From an uncultured Gammaproteobacteria bacterium (GTDB taxonomy: Bacteria > Patescibacteriota > Microgenomatia > Levybacterales > GWA1-39-11): DNA of 64,000 nucleotides. A program made the position numbers and the translations under genes. The DNA lies in contig CAYVAJ010000001.1 in NCBI GenBank assembly GCA_964448725.1, positions 71,525 through 135,524 on the forward strand, in the 5' to 3' direction. The notes under the pieces are model-generated. The model saw only the letters and a list, made by a program, of their open reading frames with translations, was not told the DNA's origin and did not search any database. Below, piece after piece: positions 18,504 to 29,753 of this stretch (position 1 is its first letter; each line of letters opens with the position of its first letter).

Positions 18504-19631
18504 TTATTTTTCTCGCCATTTTGTTGCAGCCCACGCAGACAAAATAGTTGCAATAGGTACTGCAAGCACCAACCCAATGCTTCCGGCAAGGGTACGGACT
18601 GCTTCCTCAACAATAATTTGACTATTTAGGATCACCCAGTAAGGTTGATGAGAAGGATTGAGAACAAAGATGATAAATAAGCTGAGTGATGCTCCTGCAT
18701 ACGCAAGAACTAAGGTATTCACGAGAGAGGCAATGTGTTCTTTTCCAACAGTATATCCGCGAATAACAAGATCCATAAATTCTAATTTTTTGTTTGCTCT
18801 TGCAATCTCAAACACTGCTGCTGCCTGTGATGTAGTAATATCATCAAGTACTCCTAGTGCGCCAATAATTATGCCACCAAGCAATAACCCTTTTAGATTT
18901 ATTGATGTTGGGCCAAATTGCAGGAGGTATGCATCCTCACTGCCAAGACCAGTAAGATCTGTAATATTGACAAAGAAGTAGGCAAGGATACCAGTTGCAA
19001 ACAGTGATATCGCAGTTGCTCCAAGCGCAATTGTTGTTCGTCTAGATATTCCATGTGCAAGGTAAATTGTTAACAACATAATGACTAGAGATCCAACAAT
19101 GCTTATAAGAAGAGGGTCTTTTCCTTGGAGTATTTGGGGAACAATAAACTGCAAAATGACGAATATGCTCACAATCATACCGATGATTGATCCAACCCCT
19201 TTTTTTCCAGCAATGAGTATAACGAGTATGAAAAATCCAATGATAATATAAATCAGAGTATCTAATCGATATCTATCCTGGACAGAGTAGGTAATGGTAT
19301 CTGCTTGAATTGTTTTTATAAGTATTACTGTTTCTCCTGGGATAAGTTTTTGTGATGAAGCAGACTGGAGGACTCCACCATGTTCTAAATTGACAATATT
19401 TCCTTTTTCTTCTCCTTCCATAATCTTGAGTTGTGCAGTCTGAACAAAATTAGTATATCCAGCAACCTCTTTTTGATCTTCTGCAGTAATTTCAACAACA
19501 GTTGCCTTGTAATAGTGTTCCTCAGGAGGCTCAGGTGGAAGAACTCCTTGTTGGGCAAAGCTTGATTTAGCAAAAAATGAAAGAAATAGTAAAAAAACAA
19601 AAAATGCGCGTAGTACCGTATTCACAAACAT
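18504..19631 (-). CDS. YibE/F family membrane protein
   Basis: GIIIGALGVLDDIT.SQ, VGKEHIASLVNTLVLAYAGASL, RTLAGSIGLVLAVP. Confidence 0.9.
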   Translation of the reverse strand: MFVNTVLRAFFVFLLFLSFFAKSSFAQQGVLPPEPPEEHYYKATVVEITAEDQKEVAGYTNFVQTAQLKIMEGEEKGNIVNLEHGGVLQSASSQKLIPGETVILIKTIQADTITYSVQDRYRLDTLIYIIIGFFILVILIAGKKGVGSIIGMIVSIFVILQFIVPQILQGKDPLLISIVGSLVIMLLTIYLAHGISRRTTIALGATAISLFATGILAYFFVNITDLTGLGSEDAYLLQFGPTSINLKGLLLGGIIIGALGVLDDITTSQAAAVFEIARANKKLEFMDLVIRGYTVGKEHIASLVNTLVLAYAGASLSLFIIFVLNPSHQPYWVILNSQIIVEEAVRTLAGSIGLVLAVPIATILSAWAATKWREK

Positions 19632-19709
19632 ACCGATAGTATACCAGGCAGTATCTCTTTATTGTAGAATGCTTCTTAGATAGTGTATAATCATTATCAC
19701 TATAAGACT

Positions 19710-20702
19710 ATGATTAACAGATCTCTGCTTGAATATCTTTTCAAAAACCAAATTATTGTTGCGCTTGTGGTGCTTGCATTTGCCTGGATATTACTCGAGC
19801 TCATAGGAGTTGTTATTGCTGGTTTTATTGCGTATATTATTATGGCTGCAATCGCACCAGTTGTGGATACACTCACAAGCAGAGGTGTCCCAAAAGCACT
19901 TGCGGCAGCAGCAGTATACTTGCTAATTGTAGCTATTTTAGTGCTCCTTATTTTCCCTCTTATTCCATTCTTCTCAACCCAAATAACCCAATTATTTAAA
20001 GGACTTCCTGTATACATTCATAATGCAACAGAAGTTCTTGGTGTTGAGGCAAATCAAGGAGAAATACAAAATATTATTTCTTCACAATTGGGCTCACTTG
20101 GGAGCAATGCAGTTCAACTTACTTCTCAATTATTTGGCGGTATTTTTAATGTTTTGACAATTGTTGTACTGAGTTTTTACCTATTGCTTGATCATAATCG
20201 GGTACAAGGTAGTATTGCTTCACTCTTTGCTCCAAATGTGCGAAAAAAAGCTCAACAAACGATAGAAAAAGTAGAGGATAAATTGGGCGCATGGCTACGC
20301 GGCCAAATATTTTTATCATTTGTCATAGGATTTGTAACATGGGTGGGTCTCTCAATTATTGGTGTTGAGTACGCTTTGCCATTAGCATTACTTGCCGGTA
20401 TGCTTGAGATCGTTCCAACACTTGGACCTATTCTTGCTGCAATTCCAGCAATCATTATTGCGCTTAGTATCTCGCCTACGATGGCTATTTTTGTTGCAGG
20501 TTTGTATGGACTTATCCAGGTCCTTGAAAACAACTTTTTAGTTCCTCGTATTATGCAGCGGGCAGTTGGTATCCATCCGATTGTGGTAATTTTAGGAATT
20601 ATTATTGGCGGACGCTTATTAGGAGTACTTGGTGCGTTACTCGCTGTTCCGTTCATCTCATTATTTATCGTTATTGTTTCTGAAATTCGTCGAAACGAGT
20701 GA
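19710..20702 (+). CDS. AI-2E family transporter
   Basis: LGAWLRGQ, LEIVPTLGP, QVLENNFLVPRIM, GALLAVP. Confidence 0.92.
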   Translation: MINRSLLEYLFKNQIIVALVVLAFAWILLELIGVVIAGFIAYIIMAAIAPVVDTLTSRGVPKALAAAAVYLLIVAILVLLIFPLIPFFSTQITQLFKGLPVYIHNATEVLGVEANQGEIQNIISSQLGSLGSNAVQLTSQLFGGIFNVLTIVVLSFYLLLDHNRVQGSIASLFAPNVRKKAQQTIEKVEDKLGAWLRGQIFLSFVIGFVTWVGLSIIGVEYALPLALLAGMLEIVPTLGPILAAIPAIIIALSISPTMAIFVAGLYGLIQVLENNFLVPRIMQRAVGIHPIVVILGIIIGGRLLGVLGALLAVPFISLFIVIVSEIRRNE

Positions 20703-20714
20703 TACAATTGCCCC

Positions 20715-22034
20715 ATGATTTCAACATTTAACCAAGCGCAGAAGTATCTTTTTGCCCATATTCCAGATAGTAACGAGAGGAAGTTTCCTGGTGAGCAGGG
20801 GTTAGCACGTATGCGTGCATTAGTCTCTGTTCTTGGAAATCCGCAGGAAAAGTACCCCGTAATTCATATTGCAGGGACTTCTGGGAAAGGATCAACAGCA
20901 ACTCTTATAAGTACGATGATTGCAAGCCAGGGATTTAAAGTAGGACTGCATCTTTCTCCTCATCTGCTTGATATTCGTGAGCGAATACAAATTAATAACA
21001 CACTTTTAAGTAAGGAAAAGTTTGTTGCATATCTTAATGAAATTATTCCTGCTGTTGAAAAAGTATCAAGCGGAGAGTATGGAGCTGTAACATACTTTGA
21101 GATTCTTGTAGCACTTGCATATTACACATTTTGGAAAGAAAAAGTACAGTATGCGGTAATTGAGACTGGAATGGGTGGGAGGTTTGATGGAACCAATATC
21201 GTACAGAATCCTGAAAAATTATCAGTTATTACCAAAATCGGGTATGATCACACAACAGTATTAGGAAAGACTCTTTCTGCAATTGCATGGCAAAAGGCAG
21301 GTATTATTCATTATGATAACCGAGTAATCACCGTGGATCAGCCAAAGTCTGTCTCTAAAATAATTAAAGATGCAGCAGATACGCACAAGGGAGTTCTTAT
21401 TATTGTAAATAAAAAATCTTTTTCCATTAACTCAATAACTGAACAGGGAACAATCTATTATGATAATAAGCGTAAGCAAGAAGCACATTTAGGGTTGATT
21501 GGTGCTCACCAAGCAGAAAATGCAATGGTTGCACGCGAAGTTATTTCTCAGTTATCAAAGAGAGAGAAATGGGAAATAAACGAAGAGAGTTTGGTAAATG
21601 CAGTGCAAAATCTTCATCTTCCCGGAAGGATGGATATAGTGCATGACAATAAAAGTAAGCTCATAATAGATGGAGCACATAACAAACAAAAAATGAATGC
21701 ATTTTTGTCTGCTCTCACCACGCTATATCCAGGAGAAAAGTTCACATTTTTAGTTGCATTTAAGCATGGTAAAGACAGTAAACAGATGATAGAACTCTTA
21801 GAAGAATATGCAAAAGAGATTATAGTGACTGATTTCTGGGTAGACAGCCAAGATATGCTCAATATCTCAGAATCGATAGATACAGTTGTCTCATATGTGA
21901 AAAATATTCCGGTAACTGCGATAACCGGTCCGAAGAATGCACTTGCGTATGCCCAAACTCGTGACTCTCGCATCGTAATTACAGGATCACTGTATTTCTC
22001 TGCAGAAATATATGAAGCCTTAAGAACTGGTTAG
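20715..22034 (+). CDS. folC: folylpolyglutamate synthase/dihydrofolate synthase
   Basis: IHIAGTSGKGST, SPHL..IRERI, ETGMGGRFDGTN, PGR, IDGAHN, TGSLY. Confidence 0.93.
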   Translation: MISTFNQAQKYLFAHIPDSNERKFPGEQGLARMRALVSVLGNPQEKYPVIHIAGTSGKGSTATLISTMIASQGFKVGLHLSPHLLDIRERIQINNTLLSKEKFVAYLNEIIPAVEKVSSGEYGAVTYFEILVALAYYTFWKEKVQYAVIETGMGGRFDGTNIVQNPEKLSVITKIGYDHTTVLGKTLSAIAWQKAGIIHYDNRVITVDQPKSVSKIIKDAADTHKGVLIIVNKKSFSINSITEQGTIYYDNKRKQEAHLGLIGAHQAENAMVAREVISQLSKREKWEINEESLVNAVQNLHLPGRMDIVHDNKSKLIIDGAHNKQKMNAFLSALTTLYPGEKFTFLVAFKHGKDSKQMIELLEEYAKEIIVTDFWVDSQDMLNISESIDTVVSYVKNIPVTAITGPKNALAYAQTRDSRIVITGSLYFSAEIYEALRTG

Positions 22035-22041
22035 CAGTCTA

Positions 22042-22070
22042 TTGACACGACTGATAAAAACAGCTACAAT
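22042..22070 (+). promoter_or_regulatory. sigma70 promoter of clpB (leaderless geometry)
   Basis: TTGACA(22042-47), 17 bp, TACAAT(22065-70); ATG 6 nt downstream. Confidence 0.8.
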
Positions 22071-22076
22071 ATTTGC

Positions 22077-24236
22077 ATGGATAATGATGCAGTGCAAGAC
22101 TTTCTCAAGCCAGTAAGCCCTGAGGAAGCACTCAAAAAATTTACCATTAACCTTACTGAAATTGCCCGAGAGGGGAAAATAGATCCTGTGGTAGGACGAG
22201 AAAATGAAATTCGGCGTATTATGCAAATTTTGTCTCGTCGTACGAAGAACAATCCCATTTTGATCGGTGATCCTGGTGTTGGAAAAACAGCAATTGTTGA
22301 GGGATTAGCACAAAAGATTATCAACAATGAAGTACCGACAACACTCAAAGATAAAGAATTACTCTCACTTGATTTTGCACAGCTTTTAGCAGGAGCTAAA
22401 TTCCGAGGAGAATTTGAAGAACGGCTTAAAGCAGTCGTAAAAGGAGTTGAAGAAGGTGAGGGAAAGTATGTGGTTTTTATTGACGAGCTCCATACTATTG
22501 TTGGTGGAGGGGCCTCAGAAGGTGCGGTTGATGCGGCAAATATTCTTAAACCCTCACTTGCGAGAGGAACCCTTCGGTTGATTGGAGCAACAACTATTCA
22601 GGAATACCGAAAGTACATAGAGCGTGATCAAGCACTTGCACGAAGATTCCAGCCAGTACATGTTGATGAACCAAGTAGAGAAGATGCTGTTTCAATATTG
22701 CGGGGTATTAAAGAACGGTATGAACTGCATCATGGTATTAGAATTACCGATAATGCACTGATTGCAGCGGTTAAGCTATCTGCTCAGTATATTTCACATC
22801 GCTATTTGCCGGATAAAGCAATTGATCTGATAGATGAAGCTGCGTCAGGTATAAAAATTGAGACAGAAAGTATGCCAACAGAGCTTGAAGAGTTGAGGCG
22901 CAAGATCACGCAAATTGAGATTGAACAAGCAGCGCTTAAGAAAGAGAATACCCCTGTGGCGAAAAAGAAATTAGATGAAGGAAAAGAGCAGTTAGCAGAG
23001 TTGAAAACAAAAGAACAAGAGCTTGAAAAACAGTGGAATGAGCAAAAAGAGATAATGCAGCAGATGCAGACAGTAAGAGCTCAGATTGATGCACTAAAAA
23101 TTGAGCTTGAGAGAGCGGAACGATCAGTAAGTCTTGAAAAAGCGGCTGAGATAAAGTACGGAAAACTTCCTGAGCTTGAAAAAAAGCTTACCCAACTGCA
23201 TGCAGAATGGGATAAGATCCCGCGTGAAAAGCGGATTTTACGCGAAGAAGTTGATGAGGAAGACATAGCACGGGTTGTAGCTCGATGGACCGGTATTCCG
23301 GTGAATGCTATTCTTGAATCAGAGACAGAAAAACTCGTGCATCTTGAGCAAAAAATGCATGAGTTGGTGGTTGGACAGACAGATGCACTATCAGCGATTG
23401 CCAAAGCAATTCGGAGAAATCGTTCTGGAATTTCTGATATGACCCGTCCTATTGGCAGTTTTCTATTTTTAGGACCTACAGGTGTTGGGAAAACAGAAAC
23501 CGCACGAGCTCTTGCCCGCTTACTTTTTAACGATGAGCACGCAATGATCAGAATTGATATGTCTGAATATCAGGAGTCTCACACTGTTGCACGGCTTATA
23601 GGTTCTCCTCCGGGGTATGTAGGATTTGATGAAGGAGGACAGCTTACTGAAGCAGTTCGACGCAAGCCATACTCAGTAATTCTTTTTGATGAAATAGAAA
23701 AAGCACACCCACAAGTTTTCAATCTGTTTTTACAGTTACTTGATGATGGTCGTTTGACTGATAGTAAGGGTGTAACAGTTGATTTTCGCAACACTATTAT
23801 TATTATGACCTCAAATCTAGGGAGTGAGATGATCTATGAGTATGCTGGTAAAAATGAAAAAGAATTAGAATTAAAACTTTGGCAAGTGCTGCGTGCACAT
23901 TTTAAACCAGAATTTTTAAATAGACTGGATCGCGTTATTATGTATCATCCGCTTACAAAAGATGAAATATTGAAGATTAGTAGACAGCAGCTTGAGCGAG
24001 TGCAAAATAGGCTTGCTGAAAACAATATTCAATTAAAAATTACTGATGAACTTGTAAAATACTTCGCAGCTGCTGGATTTGATGAAACATTTGGTGCACG
24101 GCCACTGAAACGCTTGATTGATGAAAAATTGCTTGATGAACTTGCCTTACAAATTATTGAAGGTAAAATTGTGCCAGGAGATGCAGTCATTCCTCACGTG
24201 AAAAACGACAAGATAGAGTTTTCACTTCCGTCATAA
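22077..24236 (+). CDS. clpB: ClpB disaggregase lacking the N-terminal domain
   Basis: [22 protein letters not shown], coiled-coil M-domain ([12 protein letters not shown]), [14 protein letters not shown]; 719 aa. Confidence 0.93.
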   Translation: MDNDAVQDFLKPVSPEEALKKFTINLTEIAREGKIDPVVGRENEIRRIMQILSRRTKNNPILIGDPGVGKTAIVEGLAQKIINNEVPTTLKDKELLSLDFAQLLAGAKFRGEFEERLKAVVKGVEEGEGKYVVFIDELHTIVGGGASEGAVDAANILKPSLARGTLRLIGATTIQEYRKYIERDQALARRFQPVHVDEPSREDAVSILRGIKERYELHHGIRITDNALIAAVKLSAQYISHRYLPDKAIDLIDEAASGIKIETESMPTELEELRRKITQIEIEQAALKKENTPVAKKKLDEGKEQLAELKTKEQELEKQWNEQKEIMQQMQTVRAQIDALKIELERAERSVSLEKAAEIKYGKLPELEKKLTQLHAEWDKIPREKRILREEVDEEDIARVVARWTGIPVNAILESETEKLVHLEQKMHELVVGQTDALSAIAKAIRRNRSGISDMTRPIGSFLFLGPTGVGKTETARALARLLFNDEHAMIRIDMSEYQESHTVARLIGSPPGYVGFDEGGQLTEAVRRKPYSVILFDEIEKAHPQVFNLFLQLLDDGRLTDSKGVTVDFRNTIIIMTSNLGSEMIYEYAGKNEKELELKLWQVLRAHFKPEFLNRLDRVIMYHPLTKDEILKISRQQLERVQNRLAENNIQLKITDELVKYFAAAGFDETFGARPLKRLIDEKLLDELALQIIEGKIVPGDAVIPHVKNDKIEFSLPS

Positions 24237-24355
24237 CTATTAGTAAATCCCAATATACACATAACAATCTCCAAATAAATTCTAAATTAAAATAAGCCAA
24301 GTGAGTATTTGATTATTGGAGTTTAAGTGCTTTTGTAATAAAAGTAGGGATAGAC

Positions 24356-24395
24356 TTGACAGGGAGTTATCCACATTCGTATACTGTTATCCACA
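24356..24395 (+). promoter_or_regulatory. dnaA promoter overlapped by two perfect DnaA boxes (autoregulation)
   Basis: TTGACA(24356-61), 18 bp, TATACT(24380-85); TTATCCACA at 24367-75 and 24387-95. Confidence 0.85.
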
Positions 24396-24484
24396 ATGAA
24401 GAGTATATATAGCGTTTAATCATTAGTTTTCACACTATTTTAAGTATTTAAACGCGTGAAAATACTACCTCATCTAGCATTTTT

Positions 24485-25825
24485 ATGGACGATTTGTGGA
24501 AATCAGTACTTGCTGAAATTGAAATTACTGTATCAAAACCTACTTTTCACATGTTCTTTCGTGGTACTCATCTTGAAAGTCTCGAAAATAATGTCGCGAC
24601 TATTTCAGCTCCCACTATTATGATTGCTGATTACATAGAAAAACGATATTACGGCATGATAAAACAGAGTATTGATAAAAAAACAAATCAAGATGTGAGT
24701 CTGGTCTTTTTGACTAATACGAGTGCAAAGAGACGGGAACAGAACGGAAATGCCGGGCCGCTTTTTTCAGAACTTCCAACGCTTAATAAACCTCGTCCTC
24801 ATAGAATTAAGAAAGAATACACATTTGAGTCATTTGCGGTGTCTGAAACAAATCAACTTGCATATACCGCGGCTCAAGCAGTGGCGGCGAATCCAGGTGA
24901 CAGATATAATCCTGTTTTTCTATACGGAACAGTAGGGGTGGGAAAAACACATTTAATGCATGCAATTGCAAACTTCATTTTTGAAAAAAACAATGATGTT
25001 CATGTGTTGTATCTGACAACAGAAGAATTTACCAATGAGGTAGTAGAGTCAATTCGGGGTAAAACAACCACGCAAATGCGTAAGAAATTTCGTAATGTTG
25101 ATTTGCTACTGCTTGATGATATTCAATTTTTGAGTGGGAAAGAAAAAGTACAGGAAGAGTTGTTTCACACGTTTAATAGTTTAATTGAAAAAGGTGCACA
25201 AATTGTCTTTACATCAGATCGTCCGCCTGATGAAATCCCGAAGATAGAAGCACGTCTTGCTTCTCGTTTTGAAGGAGGTCTGACTGTGGATATTGAACCA
25301 CCTGATTTTGAATTGAGAACGGCAATTTTACTCATGAAATCTGAAAATTATGCGCTAGATTTTTCCATGGAAATGGCAAAACTTGTTGCAGAAAGAATTA
25401 CAGATACAAGAGCACTTGAGGGTTTCTTAAAAAAACTTTCTTCACTGATGAATGCAAATCCAGAAAAACATATTAGCGAGCAAGCGATACTGCGTCTGCT
25501 TGGGAAAAAGGCAGAAGTACCTCACACCATTAAACCAGATCAGATTATTGAATCAATTTGTGATTATTACACGATTAAAGCAACGCAGTTGAAAGGAAAA
25601 AAAAGAGATGCTCATTTGGTGAGACCTCGGCACGTTTGTATGTACCTTTTAAAAGAAGTGGGAGGGCTTACGTATGCTGAAATAGGTAATTTATTAGGGG
25701 GAAGAGATCATACGACTGTTATGCACGCAGTTGAAAAAATAAGCAAGCTTATGGCAGACTCGGGAGTTACGCAAGAAGAAGTTGGAAGTATAAAACAGAA
25801 AATGCGTGAGGATTACCTTCAATAA
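24485..25825 (+). CDS. dnaA: chromosomal replication initiator DnaA
   Basis: YNPVFLYGTVGVGKTHL, LLDDIQF, QEELFHTFN, RLASRF, GGRDHTTVMHA. Confidence 0.98.
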   Translation: MDDLWKSVLAEIEITVSKPTFHMFFRGTHLESLENNVATISAPTIMIADYIEKRYYGMIKQSIDKKTNQDVSLVFLTNTSAKRREQNGNAGPLFSELPTLNKPRPHRIKKEYTFESFAVSETNQLAYTAAQAVAANPGDRYNPVFLYGTVGVGKTHLMHAIANFIFEKNNDVHVLYLTTEEFTNEVVESIRGKTTTQMRKKFRNVDLLLLDDIQFLSGKEKVQEELFHTFNSLIEKGAQIVFTSDRPPDEIPKIEARLASRFEGGLTVDIEPPDFELRTAILLMKSENYALDFSMEMAKLVAERITDTRALEGFLKKLSSLMNANPEKHISEQAILRLLGKKAEVPHTIKPDQIIESICDYYTIKATQLKGKKRDAHLVRPRHVCMYLLKEVGGLTYAEIGNLLGGRDHTTVMHAVEKISKLMADSGVTQEEVGSIKQKMREDYLQ

Positions 25826-25854
25826 GTAACTGTTTTTCACACGTTTTCCTCTTT

Positions 25855-25908
25855 TTATCCACAACTTATCCACAAATTTTTATGTGTATAACCATGCTTC
25901 TTTCCACA
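25855..25908. promoter_or_regulatory. DnaA-box cluster in the dnaA-dnaN gap (origin-associated)
   Basis: TTATCCACA 25855-63 and 25866-74, TGTGTATAA 25883-91, CTTTCCACA 25900-08. Confidence 0.8.
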
Positions 25909-26025
25909 TATCCCCAAAAGGAAAGTATTCTTGTTTTTTCAATTCCTGACTACTTCAAATAATTATCTTGATGTGGTACTATTGCTGGACTGTAAGTAAT
26001 TTAGTAATCTTGCAGTACTTAAGAT

Positions 26026-27126
26026 ATGAAAGCACAGCTGCTAATTGAAAATATAGAGCCTTTTTTATCATCACTTGCTAAAGCACTCCCCAACCATTCA
26101 CCTGTTCCTGTGCTTTTAAATATCTTAATCGAAGCAACACACAAAGGAATATACATCTCTGCAACCGACTTAGAACTGGGGATAAAAGTAAAAGTTAATG
26201 GCAAAATAGATGAAGAAGGTTCTGTAACTGTGCCAGGAAAACAATTTATAGAAATTATTAACTCTCTTCCCAAAGGTAAAGTTACATTAACATACGAAAA
26301 AGAAGCGGTAACCCTTGAATCATCTGGTGGAAAAATAGTCTTGCAAACTATTCCAAAAGAAGAGTTCCCAAATCTTTTTGAAGAAAAAGGTGAAAAAGTC
26401 TACAGCTTTTCAAAGGCAGAGCTTAAAGATATTTTTACAAAAATTATATTTGCAGCATCAACAGACGACTCAAGGCCTGAGCTTACAGGGGTATATATTT
26501 CCCAAAAAGAAGATCACATAGACTTTGTTGCTACTGATGGGTATCGTCTTTCACTAAAGAGGGTTTCTGGTAAGCAAATATTAGAGACTGATAATGGAAT
26601 TATTGTCTCGTCTAAATTTATTGCCGAAGCGTTAACACTCAATAGTGATACCATGGATTTTTATGTGTATTCAGAGGGGAATCAGGTGCTTTTAGAAGCA
26701 GATAATACTATTTTAGTCGGTAGACTTATTCAAGGTAACTTTCCTAACTATGAGCGTGTTATTCCTCAAGAGGGCTCTACCAGTGCAGTGATTGATATTG
26801 AAGAGTTCTCAAAATCAATAAAGCTTGCAGCAGTTTTTGCTCGTGAAAGTGCAAATATTGTGCGGATTAGAATTGCAGATAAACAACTAAGCCTCTTTTC
26901 TCGTTCATCAGGAATTGGAGAAGGGGATATTCAAATTGCCGTTGAACAGACAGGTGAGGACAATGAAATTGCATTTAATGTAAAATTCTTAAGCGATCTA
27001 CTGAGAGTGGCTGGTGAGAAAAGAATTACACTTGCTATTAACGGCCCTCTTGAGTCTGCGCTTTTTACCCTTGAAAAAGATACCGACTTTCTGCACGTTA
27101 TCATGCCTGTTCGAGTGCAAGAGTAA
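26026..27126 (+). CDS. dnaN: DNA polymerase III beta clamp
   Basis: SATDLELGI, SRPELTGV, VATDGYRL, GNFPNYERVIP, VIMPVR. Confidence 0.97.
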   Translation: MKAQLLIENIEPFLSSLAKALPNHSPVPVLLNILIEATHKGIYISATDLELGIKVKVNGKIDEEGSVTVPGKQFIEIINSLPKGKVTLTYEKEAVTLESSGGKIVLQTIPKEEFPNLFEEKGEKVYSFSKAELKDIFTKIIFAASTDDSRPELTGVYISQKEDHIDFVATDGYRLSLKRVSGKQILETDNGIIVSSKFIAEALTLNSDTMDFYVYSEGNQVLLEADNTILVGRLIQGNFPNYERVIPQEGSTSAVIDIEEFSKSIKLAAVFARESANIVRIRIADKQLSLFSRSSGIGEGDIQIAVEQTGEDNEIAFNVKFLSDLLRVAGEKRITLAINGPLESALFTLEKDTDFLHVIMPVRVQE

Positions 27127-27133
27127 CTATTCT

Positions 27134-27844
27134 CTACCTCTTTTGCTCGGTTGTCCAATGAATTTGGAATTCTAGAGTGTTTACTCCGAGTGACTCAAGG
27201 GTGGTGATTGTTTCATCTTTATACTGTTGGATTTGCTCTGGAGTAGGAGTACTGATGTCCTGAATATATATCTTTCCCTCAAATTTTTTCTGATCTAAAT
27301 CAAAGTAGACAAAGTAATTATCAGTCATGAGTGGAAGCTTATCATACCAGGGATAGTTAGTATAAATATCTGACACCCACTTTCCAAATTCTTCATCTGC
27401 TTTTGCCTGATTTTTAATTTGGTCATCTACAGGTACTTCCTCAGGATTTTCAGGAGTTGAGAAGCTCCAAGAATATAGAGGATTTGAGAAATAGGTAACA
27501 GTAAGCGAATATGAGTTTTGCATCCATAATGGAGCTGTTGGGGTGAATGTGAGAGAATTATCTGTTTGCCATTCATAGTTTCCGGTGATTCCCGGTTGTG
27601 CAACTATTTGTATGTGAGATTGTTCAGAATTAGAAAGTGATCTGGAGAAGGTAATAGAAATCGGTTCATAAAGACTTACTACTTGTGTCTGATTTGATGG
27701 GGTTACCGATGTAACAGAAAATGATGCAGAAGGCTCACTGGTATTATTAAAAATATATAAAATTGAGAACAATATCAGGAAGCTACCTGCAAGCACAGAG
27801 AGTATAATAATGATAAATTTTTTATATGTACTAAAGATATGCAT
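27134..27844 (-). CDS. membrane-anchored Ig-like (Big_5-type) protein; partner of the CHAP-like gene
   Basis: N-terminal TM; VTSVTPSN..PISITFSRSL..LTFTPTAPL..YSWSFST; start moved to MHIF. Confidence 0.65.
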   Translation of the reverse strand: MHIFSTYKKFIIIILSVLAGSFLILFSILYIFNNTSEPSASFSVTSVTPSNQTQVVSLYEPISITFSRSLSNSEQSHIQIVAQPGITGNYEWQTDNSLTFTPTAPLWMQNSYSLTVTYFSNPLYSWSFSTPENPEEVPVDDQIKNQAKADEEFGKWVSDIYTNYPWYDKLPLMTDNYFVYFDLDQKKFEGKIYIQDISTPTPEQIQQYKDETITTLESLGVNTLEFQIHWTTEQKR

Positions 27845-27861
27845 AAGTAAGTAGTAAAATA

Positions 27862-28551
27862 CTATCCACCAAAGCCTCTTGCCGGGTATGGAACACCTTG
27901 AATATTCCAATTTACCACCGTATATCTATGTCCATGGCGAGATGAGTTTGAGTCTATGGTGTCGATATATCCGTCTCCGTTACTATTTAAAGATATGCCG
28001 CTAACCATCGCAACATGTTCACTCCCTGTATGGGTACCTGAGACTTTTTCAAAAAAAATTGCATACCCTGGTTTTATCTGCTGAAGAGCTTGTTTTCGGT
28101 CAGCAGTGTCATATTCTACATAATGATAGCCTGATGCTTTTTTCCAATAGCTTCTCATTGATACTACTGCCTGATGGTCAAAATTTAAGCCTGATCTCCC
28201 TGAAAGATTATAAGCGTCTATAATTGAATTAGTACACCAATACAGTCCGTTTGAACTAGTACTTACTTCATGTCCTTGTCTGATAACTGCTGTGTGCGAT
28301 CCGTTTGTAATGTTTGAAACCATACGATTATAATATCCCCAAACTCCTGTTTGTAGCTCTGCATTAATTCTTTTGTTCCATTCAAGTGCTTGATTTGAAT
28401 CGATAGAGATCGTATTTGGTCTTTCTGCAGGGTTTCCCACACGAGTCGATGTCTCATTGCTTTCTTGTGCGTAAAGAGGAAAAGGGTAAAAAAGCACAGA
28501 CATTAAAAGGAGAGGAAAAAAATATAAGGTTGTTTTATTAATTATTTTCAT
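27862..28551 (-). CDS. secreted CHAP/NlpC-P60-like cysteine hydrolase
   Basis: Signal peptide (LYAQE); YWCT...IKPGYAIFF...HVAMV...IDSN in catalytic Cys/His order. Confidence 0.65.
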   Translation of the reverse strand: MKIINKTTLYFFPLLLMSVLFYPFPLYAQESNETSTRVGNPAERPNTISIDSNQALEWNKRINAELQTGVWGYYNRMVSNITNGSHTAVIRQGHEVSTSSNGLYWCTNSIIDAYNLSGRSGLNFDHQAVVSMRSYWKKASGYHYVEYDTADRKQALQQIKPGYAIFFEKVSGTHTGSEHVAMVSGISLNSNGDGYIDTIDSNSSRHGHRYTVVNWNIQGVPYPARGFGG

Positions 28552-28572
28552 TAGAGGATTTTGGTTTAGTTT

Positions 28573-29733
28573 CTAGAAATTGAATTGATAAAGTTGTCCG
28601 CTAATAGTGAATAATATTGTGCGTGGCTGGTTAGTAGTAAGCAGTGAATTTGCGTCTATATCATTTGCATCAACTCCTTTTGGTAATGAAATCATCTCTC
28701 TTTCAAGTGTTGTAGGGTCAATAAGTACGAGTGAATTACCAAGAAGGGTGTAAATTTTCTCATCTGTTCCCCACGCAGATTTTTCAAGATAGAGATTTTC
28801 TCCTGCACTTCTTATCTCCTGGGTCTTGCTATTTACGACATATAATTCATAGGTAGCATTTGTTTTTAACCGGTCTGTAGTATGTTGAGAAAGAAAGAAA
28901 TTACCATTAGGTGAGGGAAGAGCACCAAATACTCTCCCATCGGTATTTAGTTGTGAGGATGATCCTGCGGAAAGGTCGTTGAGGAAAAATGTAATATCTT
29001 GAATAAAAGGTTCAGCAGGTGCAAGATACGTTGCAACAAGAGTATCAGTTATGTAATTCATTGCAGTTTGATTTCGAGTAAATGAAATATTTGTTCTCTG
29101 AGGACTGGAACCGTCAGGATCTGAATTAAACAGTACAAGCTGTGGGTTTTCAGGCTGTGATTCATCGAGTAATAAGTAGCTCAGACGTGAACCATCAGGA
29201 GAAAAGTTAATTGTCCGAATATTTTCATCAAGTTTGGTCAAGGTATTTGTTGCAACAGTATATCTCCATTTTTCTTCTGCAAAAGTATCTGTGCGGAGAA
29301 TAATGATTGCAGAAGCAAGTGTAGGTGACCATATAATATTTTCAACATCACCTTGAATAGGAGCAGATAATGCTTGTCTAGCATTTGTTGTTAAATTAAG
29401 GGAGTACAAACGGGAATCTGTTCCTGAAAAATAGTAGACTGATTGGTCTTTGTAGATAGGAAAGAAGATTTTTTTATCCTCTTCATACACAGGTATTGTT
29501 TTTGCTTCTTCAACAGGAAGCGAATGCCCAACGGGAGATAAATTTGAAGGAGTATTAGTAGGCGCAGGTACGTTGTTATCTGGGCCTTGGATGCGTGCCA
29601 TAAGCAGTGCACCAAGAACTATTAAAACAACAATAATGGCGAGTACAGAGGAAATGAGCACAATGTGTTTTTTAATGATCGATATCATACCTTCTGATTG
29701 TGGTGTGTAGTGTTGTTGTATTTGTTCGTCCAT
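28573..29733 (-). CDS. membrane-anchored TolB-like beta-propeller protein; partner of the M23 gene
   Basis: N-terminal TM; blade motifs WSPT, FSPDGSRLSY, PSPNGNF. Confidence 0.65.
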   Translation of the reverse strand: MDEQIQQHYTPQSEGMISIIKKHIVLISSVLAIIVVLIVLGALLMARIQGPDNNVPAPTNTPSNLSPVGHSLPVEEAKTIPVYEEDKKIFFPIYKDQSVYYFSGTDSRLYSLNLTTNARQALSAPIQGDVENIIWSPTLASAIIILRTDTFAEEKWRYTVATNTLTKLDENIRTINFSPDGSRLSYLLLDESQPENPQLVLFNSDPDGSSPQRTNISFTRNQTAMNYITDTLVATYLAPAEPFIQDITFFLNDLSAGSSSQLNTDGRVFGALPSPNGNFFLSQHTTDRLKTNATYELYVVNSKTQEIRSAGENLYLEKSAWGTDEKIYTLLGNSLVLIDPTTLEREMISLPKGVDANDIDANSLLTTNQPRTILFTISGQLYQFNF

Positions 29734-29753
29734 AATATTATCTTAACAAATAT

